Virus record (IMG/VR): IMGVR_UViG_3300016662_000110
Span: 1 to 45,488 of that record
Direction: 5' to 3' (one strand)
Origin: a virus
Taxonomy: Duplodnaviria > Caudoviricetes
Length of the DNA stretch: 45,488 bases
In this document: piece by piece, positions 25,581-34,765 of the stretch
How the letters are laid out: every line of letters begins with the position of its first letter
Position numbering within the stretch: position 1 is the first letter of the stretch
Made by a program: the position numbers and the translations under genes
The notes under the pieces: generated by a model
Databases searched by the model: none
What the model was told of the DNA's origin: nothing
Seen by the model: only the letters and a program-made list of their open reading frames with translations

Positions 25581-25647
25581 ACTTTTAATTCCCAATCCGT
25601 TGTTCTGCAAGGTTGGATGACAGTATTTAAGTCACAGGAAAATACCT

Positions 25648-27567
25648 ATGGACTATCAGGCGGAACGGCTTGGTTTAATTGTGGATTTGGCGGAACAAAG
25701 CATGGACATTGTCCAGCGCTTTTCTAATGATCCAATTGAGGCGGCAAGTATTCAAACCGCCACGGGCCCGATAAAGAATCTAAAGCAAGTCTCCGCTGAT
25801 ATTAAGTCTGACGGCGAAGCGGCCATTGACGTGGCGGTGACTGAGTTGATTGAAACGCTGAAAACCGACACCTCGGTTGGCGCATTAATCGACGGTCTGA
25901 CGGATTCGGCGGCCTTGGCGGAGGCCAGTGCCGAGCGATCCGAATCCTCGGCGTCCCTAGCGGCGGCTTTTAACAATCCGTTCCCCAGCACGGCGGACGG
26001 CCTAAACAACACCTCGGGCAGTGGCGCCCTAAATCGATTTTTTTCCGTGCCGGGCGCAGGGAACATTCTCGCCACTGCATACCGAAACGATGCCGGATCA
26101 GCGGTGAAAATTGGCGAAGCCCCCAGCGCTAAGTCTGTAAATGACTTGGCGGAGGATTACCGGGCCACCCTGACCAAGGGCGATGCTAAACGTTCCCTTT
26201 ACTGGGGCGGCTTCATGTCGAAATCGGGCATGGTCGGTGTAGCGTTTCGCAAAAGCGACGGCCATCCAATTTTTGCCGACGGGCGCGACGTGCTCGCCGA
26301 TGTGGCGGGCTTGAGGAATAGCATGGGCACGAATACGACCGCCATCACGGAACTGGCGGATGATTACCAAGCCACCATTGCTAAAGGTGATGCTAACCGT
26401 TCCCTTTACTGGGGCGGCTTCGTGTCGAAGTCGGGCATGGTCGGGGTAGCGTTTCGCAAAAGCGACGGCCATCCGATTTTTGCCGACGGTCGTGACGTGC
26501 TGAGTGAAGTCGCTGGTCTGCGTGAGACGGTGCAAGTGGTGAGCGCGCCACGCGCGGGCGTGCTGATGGGCTTTAAGACGCCTGCCGGGCGTTTGCTCGG
26601 ACATTTTGATGCGCACACCGGCGAGTGGATGACCGGCGGCCGCAGCGCGCTCGCGGAAGTCGACAAGACCAATGCGCGGGTGAAAGTGGTTGAAGCGGCG
26701 CTGGGCAATCCGCTGGCTGACTTCCCGGTCAAGGATTGGGCCTGCTGGGGTGACTCGCTGACAGCGGCGGGGTCGTCCGGCAACTGGCCCTCGAAATTAG
26801 CTACGGCATTAGGCGTGGATATCTACAACGGCGGCTGGGGCGGGCAAGCCTTCCGCCAGATCGCCGCTCGCAACGGCGCAAGCCCGTGCTTGATGACCGT
26901 GGTGGGCGGGTCCATTCCGGCGAGCGGTGCGGTGGCGGTGACCACCAACCTGTATTACCCCGCGTCGAATGGCGGCAGCGTCAGCGGCACACTGTCGGGC
27001 GTGCCGGGTTCTTACACCCGCGCCGCCGACGGACTGTCGGCCACCTTCACCCGGACCACGGCCGGCAGTGCCGTCGCCAGCCCTGCCAACGCCGTGTTCG
27101 CCCCGCTGTACGGCTCGACCATGCGTGATCGCCATGTCGTGCTGTGGTGCGGGGCGAACTCGGTGTATTACGAGGCTGATCAGTACGACATTATCGCGTC
27201 GATCAGGCCGATGATCGATTACCTGACGCCGCGCGTGAAACGCGTGATCGTGATGGAAATCCCGCCCTCGGCGGCCCGGACCCTGCCGGCGGCGCCTGGG
27301 TCAGAGCGGGAAAAGCTGGATAAATTCAATGTGATGCTGAAGGCAGCATTCCCCGAGTATTTCCTCGACATCGCCTCTTGGCTGCGCACGCAGGCGGCGG
27401 CGACGGCGGCGGGGATTGTCTTCACTGCGCAAGACTTGACCGATATTTCCAACGGCGTTACGCCGACTTCATTCACCAGCGACGGCCTGCACTTCAATGA
27501 TGCGGGCGGCACTGCTATCGCATATCGCGTTCAGCAAGAAGCGATCACACGAGGATGGATTGCATGA
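25648..27567 (+). CDS. Tail-spike-like protein with C-terminal SGNH/GDSL esterase and an internal 69-aa duplication
   Basis: Blocks WGDSLT, GWGGQ, CGAN, DGLH. Confidence 0.8.
   Translation: MDYQAERLGLIVDLAEQSMDIVQRFSNDPIEAASIQTATGPIKNLKQVSADIKSDGEAAIDVAVTELIETLKTDTSVGALIDGLTDSAALAEASAERSESSASLAAAFNNPFPSTADGLNNTSGSGALNRFFSVPGAGNILATAYRNDAGSAVKIGEAPSAKSVNDLAEDYRATLTKGDAKRSLYWGGFMSKSGMVGVAFRKSDGHPIFADGRDVLADVAGLRNSMGTNTTAITELADDYQATIAKGDANRSLYWGGFVSKSGMVGVAFRKSDGHPIFADGRDVLSEVAGLRETVQVVSAPRAGVLMGFKTPAGRLLGHFDAHTGEWMTGGRSALAEVDKTNARVKVVEAALGNPLADFPVKDWACWGDSLTAAGSSGNWPSKLATALGVDIYNGGWGGQAFRQIAARNGASPCLMTVVGGSIPASGAVAVTTNLYYPASNGGSVSGTLSGVPGSYTRAADGLSATFTRTTAGSAVASPANAVFAPLYGSTMRDRHVVLWCGANSVYYEADQYDIIASIRPMIDYLTPRVKRVIVMEIPPSAARTLPAAPGSEREKLDKFNVMLKAAFPEYFLDIASWLRTQAAATAAGIVFTAQDLTDISNGVTPTSFTSDGLHFNDAGGTAIAYRVQQEAITRGWIA
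26143..26522 (+). repeat. In-frame tandem duplication, 207-bp period
   Basis: CGTTCCCTTTACTGGGGCGGCTTC at 26191 and 26398. Confidence 0.95.
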
Positions 27568-28448
27568 GTACCTTTCTGTTTGCAGACAGCGACCCAACTC
27601 AACCACCAGCGAGCATCCCTTTTCTAGAAAAAGATGGGGCCATTGTTCGCGGAGTGACCAAGGGCTTGTACGATTTTTCCAACCCGGATACCACTACGGC
27701 CACGGGCACATTGCCCGTTGGGTCTGTGCTGAGCAATCTTGTGTTGGGGGGCGGTGCAGCAGGCATCGCCGGTGCAGGCGGTACAACCTTTCCGCCGATC
27801 TATCACGGCACCATGCGGACGCTGGGCTTGGTTACCGGGGCTAGCGGCTCCTACCTAACGCTGCCGGACGGTTTTGAGTTGGCGGCTGACACCACGCGTT
27901 TCTTGAGCGCCTTTTGGCTGCGGATGGTCAAAACGGGTTGGCCTGCTGCTTCCGTAACCAAGGGTTTGATCGGTTGGGGAACCGGCTCACCAGCCGCAAC
28001 GCAGTACGCGGTGACCGTGGTTATCGACGCCACGGGTGTGGTAACCGCGTTGCGCTGGACGGTCTACGGCATGATCGGGGCCGCGGTGCAGACCATCCAG
28101 ATGGCAGTCACTGACGCTAGCGTCCTCAACACCATTTTTGACGGGACGCTGCACCAGATTGGTTGCGCGTTTGAGGTCATTAACGGTGTCGGTACTCCAT
28201 CGCTGTATGTGGACGGCGTGAAGGTTGCGACTGGTGCGGGTGGGGCCCTTACGACGCTGAACATGGCCGCGACGGCTGGTCAGGTGTTCACCTTGGCAGC
28301 AACCGGGGGTTTCTCTCAGCCCGGTTATCTCGAACTCGACACTCGCATTGGTCGGCCGCAGTTACATGACCTGACGTCCCGGCCTGATCTGGCGTTTGCC
28401 GACATTCTCAATCGAGACAAAAGTTCGACATACGGTTACTTAAGTTGA
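27564..28448 (+). CDS. Beta-rich ConA/LamG-like protein coupled to the SGNH gene
   Basis: ATGA overlap; AFW, DG..HQIG, LYVDGVKV pattern. Confidence 0.6.
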   Translation: MSTFLFADSDPTQPPASIPFLEKDGAIVRGVTKGLYDFSNPDTTTATGTLPVGSVLSNLVLGGGAAGIAGAGGTTFPPIYHGTMRTLGLVTGASGSYLTLPDGFELAADTTRFLSAFWLRMVKTGWPAASVTKGLIGWGTGSPAATQYAVTVVIDATGVVTALRWTVYGMIGAAVQTIQMAVTDASVLNTIFDGTLHQIGCAFEVINGVGTPSLYVDGVKVATGAGGALTTLNMAATAGQVFTLAATGGFSQPGYLELDTRIGRPQLHDLTSRPDLAFADILNRDKSSTYGYLS

Positions 28449-28466
28449 TAAGTCTATAGCCAATAG

Positions 28467-28497
28467 CAAGCCCGCCACTGGCGGGCTTGTTTGTTTT
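28467..28497 (+). terminator. Intrinsic terminator ending the SGNH module
   Basis: CAAGCCCGCC-ACT-GGCGGGCTTG-TTTGTTTT. Confidence 0.75.
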
Positions 28498-28614
28498 GAT
28501 AGTTGGTTTAGCAAGTTAAAAATTTTTTATTGATGCAAGTGGTCCCTGATTTTATTCATGCGTATGGCGCTCATGTCAGGGTTTATATCGGATTCATTTT
28601 GACTGGGCGAATAC

Positions 28615-29925
28615 ATGGCCGAACAAGATATTTTTTATGTCGCGATGTTGACTGATGTCGGCGCGGCACAACTCGCCAGCGCTGCCGCGACCGGTACGCC
28701 GTTGAGTTTCACCCATATGGCCGTGGGTGATGGCAATGGCGTGACGCCCATACCGTCGAAACTGCAAACCGCGCTGATCAATGAAAACCTGCGCTTGCCC
28801 TTAAATCGGCTGACGGCCCGCGCCGATCGGCCGGTGATTGTCGCGGAGCTGGTCTTGCCATCGAACGTGGGTGGCTGGTGGGTGCGTGAGGTGGGCTTGT
28901 ATGACTCGGCGGGCCGGCTGGTGGCGGTGGCCAATTATCCGGCGACCTTCAAGCCGACGCTGGGGCAGGGCACCGGCCGAACCCAAGGCATTCGATTGCA
29001 GATCCTGGTCAGCAGCACGGCCGACATCACCTTGATAGATGATCCGACGCTGGTCACGCCGACCCTGGACACCGTGCGCGAAGAAATCGCCATGGGTACG
29101 GCGGGCAAAGCCGCACGGCTAAAGACGCCGCGCAAGATCGCACTCATGGGTGATGCCACCGGTGAGGCGCAATTTGATGGGTCGAACAATGCCACCATAA
29201 AAATGACGCTGGCTGAATCAGGGGTGGCAGCGGGCTCCTATGGCAAGGTCACGGTCACGTCTAAGGGCTTGGTGATCAAGGGTGAGTCGCTGCTGCCGGC
29301 GGACATTCCGTCACTGGATGCCAGCAAGATCGCCACGGGCACCCTGAGCCGTCCAACCACCGGCAATGCCGGGTCGGCGAGCAAGTGGCAGACCGGGCGA
29401 GCATTGAGTTTCGGCGGTGCGGCGACTGGGCTTGGCTGGATCGATGGCAGTGGCGATGTGAACATTCAACTGGCCTTGGCCGGATTGGATGTCAGCAAGC
29501 TGATTAGCGGCATCTTGCCGGTGGTGCGTGGCGGGACCGGCGGCAACACGCCAGAAACGGCGCGGGCCGCCTTGGGCGCCGGGGTGCCATCGAGCCTGTA
29601 TCACAGCCCCAATGGTTTCTGGTGGGACAAGGACACCGGTCTGTTTGTGCAGTGGGGCAGCTCGTACCTGGGTGATGAGCCGGGCAGCATGTTGAATGTG
29701 CAGTTCAATTTTCCGTATTGGTTCGATACCGCGCCGTTCATTGTTTTACCGGTGATTACTCAGCACAACGGCGGCGCCGTGGCGGCCTCGACAGTTACGT
29801 GCGCATTGAATGAGGCTTCCTTGACCACGGCGGGCTTCGTGCTCAGTTTCACTGAATATATTAGTCAGGTTCAGGCCTTTGGCGTGCGCTGGATCGCCGT
29901 CGGCTATCGCGTCACGCCGATGTAA
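28615..29925 (+). CDS. Tail fibre (P2 gpH-like N-terminus, gp53-like C-terminus)
   Basis: LT..GAA.LA.A, MAVGDGNG, GGWW.RE.GL, AVAN; V.AGSY.KVTV..KG.V; GLFVQWG. Confidence 0.92.
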   Translation: MAEQDIFYVAMLTDVGAAQLASAAATGTPLSFTHMAVGDGNGVTPIPSKLQTALINENLRLPLNRLTARADRPVIVAELVLPSNVGGWWVREVGLYDSAGRLVAVANYPATFKPTLGQGTGRTQGIRLQILVSSTADITLIDDPTLVTPTLDTVREEIAMGTAGKAARLKTPRKIALMGDATGEAQFDGSNNATIKMTLAESGVAAGSYGKVTVTSKGLVIKGESLLPADIPSLDASKIATGTLSRPTTGNAGSASKWQTGRALSFGGAATGLGWIDGSGDVNIQLALAGLDVSKLISGILPVVRGGTGGNTPETARAALGAGVPSSLYHSPNGFWWDKDTGLFVQWGSSYLGDEPGSMLNVQFNFPYWFDTAPFIVLPVITQHNGGAVAASTVTCALNEASLTTAGFVLSFTEYISQVQAFGVRWIAVGYRVTPM

Positions 29926-29949
29926 GCACAGGTTTCACCGCTGCACCGC

Positions 29950-29972
29950 AACCGCCGATTGGCGGTTTTTTT
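29950..29972 (+). terminator. Intrinsic terminator
   Basis: AACCGCC-GATT-GGCGGTT plus T tract. Confidence 0.75.
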
Positions 29973-29990
29973 GTTTCTATGGAGAAAGCT

Positions 29991-31154
29991 ATGAGTTCTA
30001 CCGACTTCTTTCACGGTATTACCGTGTCGCTGGTCGAGACCGGCGCCCGTGTCATCGCGCTGCCTTCGTCCTCGATCATCGGCCTGGTCGATACCTTCAC
30101 GCCTGGACTGGGTCTTGTGGCCTCCAACGTGCCTACTCTGTTGACCCGTGAGAGTGAAGCGGTGGCTGCGTTCGGCGCTGACTCGGCCATCACCCGGGCG
30201 TGCAAAGCCATTTTCAATCAGTCGGCTGCCGCGATTGTGGCGGTGGGTGTGCCAGCGGATACCGAGGCCGCCGTGCTCACCAGCGCGCTCATTGGTGGCG
30301 TATCGGCGGACGGTACACGTACTGGCATGCAGGCACTGCTGGACGGCAAGAGTCTGTTCAACCTGCAGCCGCGGTTGGTCATTGCACCCAAGCACAGCGC
30401 CACGGAAGCAGTTGCCAGCGCGATGGATGTGCTGGCCGGCAAGTTGAAGGCGATCGGCATTATTGACGGCCCCAACACCACTGATGAAGCCGCGATCGCC
30501 TACGCCGAAAATTTCGGCTCTAAGCGCCTGTTTATGGTTGATCCGGCGATCAAGCAGTGGAGCACAACCATCAACGGTGATGTGTCGGTGCCGGGTTCTG
30601 CGATCGCTGCCGGCCTGTTCGCGCAGACGGATTCGCGCTTTGGTTTCTGGTCGTCGCCGTCGAACAAAGAGATTGCTGGCATCACCGGTACGGTGCGCCC
30701 AGTCGAGTACCTGGACGGTGACAAAACCTGCCGCGCGAACCTGCTCAACGGCGCCAATATCACCACCATCATCCGCGACGGCGGCTATCGCCTGTGGGGC
30801 AACCGCACCCTGTCGAGTGATGCCAAGTGGGCTTTTGTCACCCGTGTGCGCACCACCGATATGGTGATGGAAGCGATTCAGGCGGGCATGAAATGGGCCG
30901 TTGACCGGGGCATCACCAAGACCTATGTCAAGGACGTGACCGAGACGATCAACGCCTTTATGCGTGACCTGAAAGCACAGGGCGCGGTGATCAATTTTGA
31001 GGTTTACCCCGACCTTGAGAAGACCACGGCCACGCAGATCGAGCAGGGCAAGGTGTACTGGACCATTCGCTTTACCGATGTGCCGCCTGCGGAAAACCCG
31101 ATTTTCCAAATCGAGGTCACGAACCAGTGGCTGACTGAAGTTCTGGAAGCCTAA
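29991..31154 (+). CDS. Tail sheath (P2 gpFI)
   Basis: FHGI, RTG.QAL, PR..IAP, GFW.SPSN, G.RLWGNRT, PPAE. Confidence 0.96.
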   Translation: MSSTDFFHGITVSLVETGARVIALPSSSIIGLVDTFTPGLGLVASNVPTLLTRESEAVAAFGADSAITRACKAIFNQSAAAIVAVGVPADTEAAVLTSALIGGVSADGTRTGMQALLDGKSLFNLQPRLVIAPKHSATEAVASAMDVLAGKLKAIGIIDGPNTTDEAAIAYAENFGSKRLFMVDPAIKQWSTTINGDVSVPGSAIAAGLFAQTDSRFGFWSSPSNKEIAGITGTVRPVEYLDGDKTCRANLLNGANITTIIRDGGYRLWGNRTLSSDAKWAFVTRVRTTDMVMEAIQAGMKWAVDRGITKTYVKDVTETINAFMRDLKAQGAVINFEVYPDLEKTTATQIEQGKVYWTIRFTDVPPAENPIFQIEVTNQWLTEVLEA

Positions 31155-31165
31155 GGAGGCGTTCA

Positions 31166-31669
31166 ATGATTCCGCAAACCCTGTTTAACACCAACATGTT
31201 TATCGCTGGCCAAAGCCTGCAGGGCGACGTTCCAAGCCTGAGCCTGCCCAAGGTGACGGTGAAAACCGAGGAGTATCGCGGCGGCGGTATGGACGCGCCT
31301 GTGGCGATGGACATGGGCCTGGAAAAACTGGAATCCAGCTTTGCCACCAACGGCATCCGCCGCGAGGTGCTGAAGTACTTCGGCGCCTTTGACCAGACCG
31401 GTTTTGATGCCTCGTTTCGCGGTGCCTTCAAGGGCCAGAAAGGCGCGATCACCGCTGTGGTGGCCACCTTGCGTGGTGGTCTGCGTGAAGTTGACCCAGG
31501 CGAGTGGTCGGCTGGCTCCAAGGCTGAGTTCAAGTACGCCGTGGACGTCACCTACTACAAGCTCGAAATCGACGGGCGCGTGATGTTTGAAATCGATCCG
31601 ATCAACTGTGTTCGCGTAATCGATGGCGTGGATCAACTGGCTGACGTGCGTAACGCCCTGGGCCTTTAA
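31166..31669 (+). CDS. Tail tube (P2 gpFII)
   Basis: LPK...KTEEYRGGGMD, YYKLE.DG...EID...DGVD. Confidence 0.95.
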   Translation: MIPQTLFNTNMFIAGQSLQGDVPSLSLPKVTVKTEEYRGGGMDAPVAMDMGLEKLESSFATNGIRREVLKYFGAFDQTGFDASFRGAFKGQKGAITAVVATLRGGLREVDPGEWSAGSKAEFKYAVDVTYYKLEIDGRVMFEIDPINCVRVIDGVDQLADVRNALGL

Positions 31670-31675
31670 GGAGCA

Positions 31676-31999
31676 ATGAACATGAGTACTTCCAAGAAAC
31701 TACCAAGCTGGCTGGAACTGACGGCCGAAGGTGCCACCATCACCTTGCGCAAACCGACCGAGATCAACCAGATCCAAGTCGATCGGATCAGCCTGCGTGC
31801 CCCAACGGTCAAGGATGTACAGCAAGCCACCGTCCAGTCCGGCGGTGATGCGGAGAAGCGCGAACTGATCTTGTTTGCCTCCCTCACCGGGTCGGGCGAC
31901 AAGGACATTAGCGCCATGACCATCGTCGATTACAACCGCCTGCAGGCCGGTTATTTTCGCCTGGTCGAAGATGATGAACCTTACGCCTACCACGATTAA
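31676..31999 (+). CDS. Tail assembly chaperone (gpE-like)
   Basis: LR.PTV.D...E..LFASL...DYNRLQAGYFRL. Confidence 0.88.
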   Translation: MNMSTSKKLPSWLELTAEGATITLRKPTEINQIQVDRISLRAPTVKDVQQATVQSGGDAEKRELILFASLTGSGDKDISAMTIVDYNRLQAGYFRLVEDDEPYAYHD

Positions 32000-32096
32000 A
32001 GCGGCGGCCAAGTACCTAGCCCGGGAGTTTCACTTCTCGGCCAGCGAGATCGAGGCTATGCCGTTTAACCGCATGCTGTGGTGGCTCACGGATTGA
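31971..32096 (+). CDS. gpE'-like extension ORF in the +1 frame
   Basis: LAREFHFSASEIEAMPFNRMLWW matches the P2 GpE' pattern; below the ORF-track size cutoff. Confidence 0.7.
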   Translation: MMNLTPTTIKAAAKYLAREFHFSASEIEAMPFNRMLWWLTD

Positions 32097-32131
32097 GCCG
32101 TCCCCTCCGTTACACGTAACAGGGCACTCCT

Positions 32132-34756
32132 ATGGCAAACAACATGTCGCTCGGCCTAGTGATAGGCGGAGCGGTGAGCTCGACCGTGGGCGCTGCATTT
32201 AAGGATGTAGAGAGCCGCGTCAAAAAACTCAGCGAGCAGGGGAAGAAGGCACGGGTACTGCAGAGCACGATCGGCGAAACCATGCGTCTGCGGGATGAGT
32301 GGCGAAAGTCCCACGCTGCAGGTGAGAAGGGCGCGCAAGCGCTACTGAACCGGTTGGAGCGAAACCTCGGCGTCCTGCGCAAAGAAGGCGTAGAGGTTGG
32401 CCGCTTGGCCAAGGAATACGACCGGCTTGGTCGTGCCGGGCGTAGCGCTGAATTGAAGGCCAAAGGCTTTGGCCAGATCGATCAGGGCAAGCAGCAGGTG
32501 CGCGCCGGTGTGGCGCAGGGAGTTGTGGCCACCGGCATGGTGGCCGTAACGGCCAAGGTCAGCGCCGATTATCAGGCGATTATCCGGGACATTGCGATCA
32601 AGGCCGGGGTAGCCCGTTCGGCGCAAGAGGCCGAGATGTCGCGCAGCATCATCACGACATCGAACGATATCGGCATGGGTCGCAATGAAGTGGCCGATGT
32701 GGTCAACCAGTTGGTCGGCGCGGGGATGGATCTGAAGCAAGCGATGGAGTTTGCGCCGGTGGCGGCCAAGTTCGTCGTGGGGCAGGGCTCCAGCGGCGTC
32801 GATACGGCGAAGATGATCCAGGCGCTGCAGAGTAACGCCAATATCACCGACCCCAAGGTGCTAGAAAAGGCACTGGAAGCGGTGGCATTCCAAGGGCAGG
32901 CAGGCAGTTTTGAAGCCAGCGACATGGCGCGCTGGTTCCCACAACTGCTCGCAAGCATGCAGAAACAGGGCATTACCGGCATGGACGCGGTGACGCAGTT
33001 GGGTGCAATGCTCCAGGTGCAGATGAAAACTGCCGGCACCTCCGATGAAGCGGCCAACAACCTCAAAAACTGGATGGAGAAAATCGGCTCCGGTGAAGTG
33101 GTGGAGGCCTATTCCAAGGCGGGTATCGACTATCAGGGCTCGCTCAACACGGGTATTCAGGGTGGCATGTCCACGCTGGAGGCGAGTTTCGGGTTGGCCA
33201 AGCGTTACATCGAAGCCACCGACCCGAAGAAAGCCGCGAAGATGGCCGAGGCCACGGCCCAGATCAGCAAAGAGGCGAACCCGGAAAAAGCCAAGGCCAT
33301 GCTCAGCAGTCTGGAGCAGGCCCTGCGCACAGGCGATATCTTTGCCGACATGCAGGTCAAGTCAGCACTGACTGCCTATGTGCAGAACAAGGCGCTGTAC
33401 GAGCAGCTTAAAAACGAGGCGTCCGGAGCCTCTGGGATCTTGGACAAAAACCTGTCGGAACGGCGGGACACCTCGTCGCAAAAATGGGCCGAGACGATTC
33501 AGGCGGGCAACGACGCCATGCGCAGCGTGGGTGATGCCATTCGCCCGGTTACGGATGCTATGGCCAGCGGGCTGACCACGGTGGTCAAGGGCATCACCAA
33601 GCTGTCGGACGAGTCGCCCAAGCTGGTGATGGGCCTGACGGCATTAGCCACCGGAGCCAGCGTCGTAACCAGTCTGCTGGGTGCGTTCAAGATCGGCCGG
33701 GGGCTGGTCAATCTGGCTCGGGGCGGGTTGGGCGGTGGTGGTACAGGTCGCGCCGGCGTGCAGTCGGTCTTTGTCACCAACGCCAAAGAGGCACTGGGCA
33801 GCGGTGACGATGATGGTGACGGCAAGGGGGAAGCGGTCAAGTCGTTGGTCTCGGCAGGCCTCAATGCACTGATGGGCCGCAAGGATGAAGCGCCGGAGGG
33901 TGAGGGCGCTGCAGATACCAAACTGGACCCGGTAGAAACCGGGCTGAAGCTGCTCGATGTGATCCGGGAGGCCAAGGGTGGTGACTACGGTGAAAGCTCC
34001 GAGCCGCAAAAGGTGTTTGTGGTCAATGCCCGCGACATTGGCGGTGGTCCTGGTAGCAGCCGCGATGGGCGTCGATCGCGGCGCCGAGGTCCGCCACGCC
34101 CGCCGGCACCGCCACCCGTACCGCCGCGTTTGGGCGCTCGGCTGATGAACGCCGTTGGTACCATCGGCAAGATGGGCAAGGCCATCCCGGCCGGTACGGT
34201 TTTTGAGGCCAGTATCAAGGCCTTCGACACCTACACCACGGCCAAGACTGCCCAAGAGAAAGCCGAGGGCTACGGCGGTGCTGCGGGTGGCTTGGCCGGA
34301 TCGGTAGCGGGTGCAGCCGCCGGCGCCGCCATCGGCTCCGTGGTGCCGATCATTGGCACGGCGGTGGGCGGCCTGGTCGGCGCGTTTCTGGGTGGCATGG
34401 GCGGCGATGCCGTGGGTGGCATGTTCGGTAGGTCGTCGTTTGCCAAATCGCTGTTCGGCAGCGACGCAGAGCCAGGGGATGTTGTGCGCTCGATGTCGGC
34501 CCAGTCCGGACGGCCACAAGCCCCGTCGCCGTTGGTGCTCAAGACCGAGACCAAGCCCGCGCCTATCGATCAGAAATTCACTTTTGCCCCGCACATGCCC
34601 ATCACCATTGAGGGTGATGTGAAAGACCCCGACGAACTGATGCGCAAGCTGCAACCCATGATGCAGGGCCAGTTGAATGACTTCGCCCGGCAGATGGAAG
34701 ACAACGCCCGCCGGGCCAAGGACCGCAAATTATACGACGCCCCACATATCGGGTAA
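32132..34756 (+). CDS. Tape measure protein
   Basis: Long Ala/Gly-rich helical protein after the chaperones; GSFE..DMARWFP, EAANNL.N. Confidence 0.93.
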   Translation: MANNMSLGLVIGGAVSSTVGAAFKDVESRVKKLSEQGKKARVLQSTIGETMRLRDEWRKSHAAGEKGAQALLNRLERNLGVLRKEGVEVGRLAKEYDRLGRAGRSAELKAKGFGQIDQGKQQVRAGVAQGVVATGMVAVTAKVSADYQAIIRDIAIKAGVARSAQEAEMSRSIITTSNDIGMGRNEVADVVNQLVGAGMDLKQAMEFAPVAAKFVVGQGSSGVDTAKMIQALQSNANITDPKVLEKALEAVAFQGQAGSFEASDMARWFPQLLASMQKQGITGMDAVTQLGAMLQVQMKTAGTSDEAANNLKNWMEKIGSGEVVEAYSKAGIDYQGSLNTGIQGGMSTLEASFGLAKRYIEATDPKKAAKMAEATAQISKEANPEKAKAMLSSLEQALRTGDIFADMQVKSALTAYVQNKALYEQLKNEASGASGILDKNLSERRDTSSQKWAETIQAGNDAMRSVGDAIRPVTDAMASGLTTVVKGITKLSDESPKLVMGLTALATGASVVTSLLGAFKIGRGLVNLARGGLGGGGTGRAGVQSVFVTNAKEALGSGDDDGDGKGEAVKSLVSAGLNALMGRKDEAPEGEGAADTKLDPVETGLKLLDVIREAKGGDYGESSEPQKVFVVNARDIGGGPGSSRDGRRSRRRGPPRPPAPPPVPPRLGARLMNAVGTIGKMGKAIPAGTVFEASIKAFDTYTTAKTAQEKAEGYGGAAGGLAGSVAGAAAGAAIGSVVPIIGTAVGGLVGAFLGGMGGDAVGGMFGRSSFAKSLFGSDAEPGDVVRSMSAQSGRPQAPSPLVLKTETKPAPIDQKFTFAPHMPITIEGDVKDPDELMRKLQPMMQGQLNDFARQMEDNARRAKDRKLYDAPHIG

Positions 34757-34765
34757 GGAGGTGAT

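Noticed and set aside
26143-26522. Diversity-generating retroelement TR/VR pair
   Set aside because: Both copies are in frame in the middle of one gene, differences are not adenine-specific, and there is no reverse transcriptase.
29904-31166. Long antisense ORFs (also 20277-21434, 33644-34654, 19189-19890, 4396-5043)
   Set aside because: Shadow frames of well-supported GC-rich genes with no recognisable motifs.
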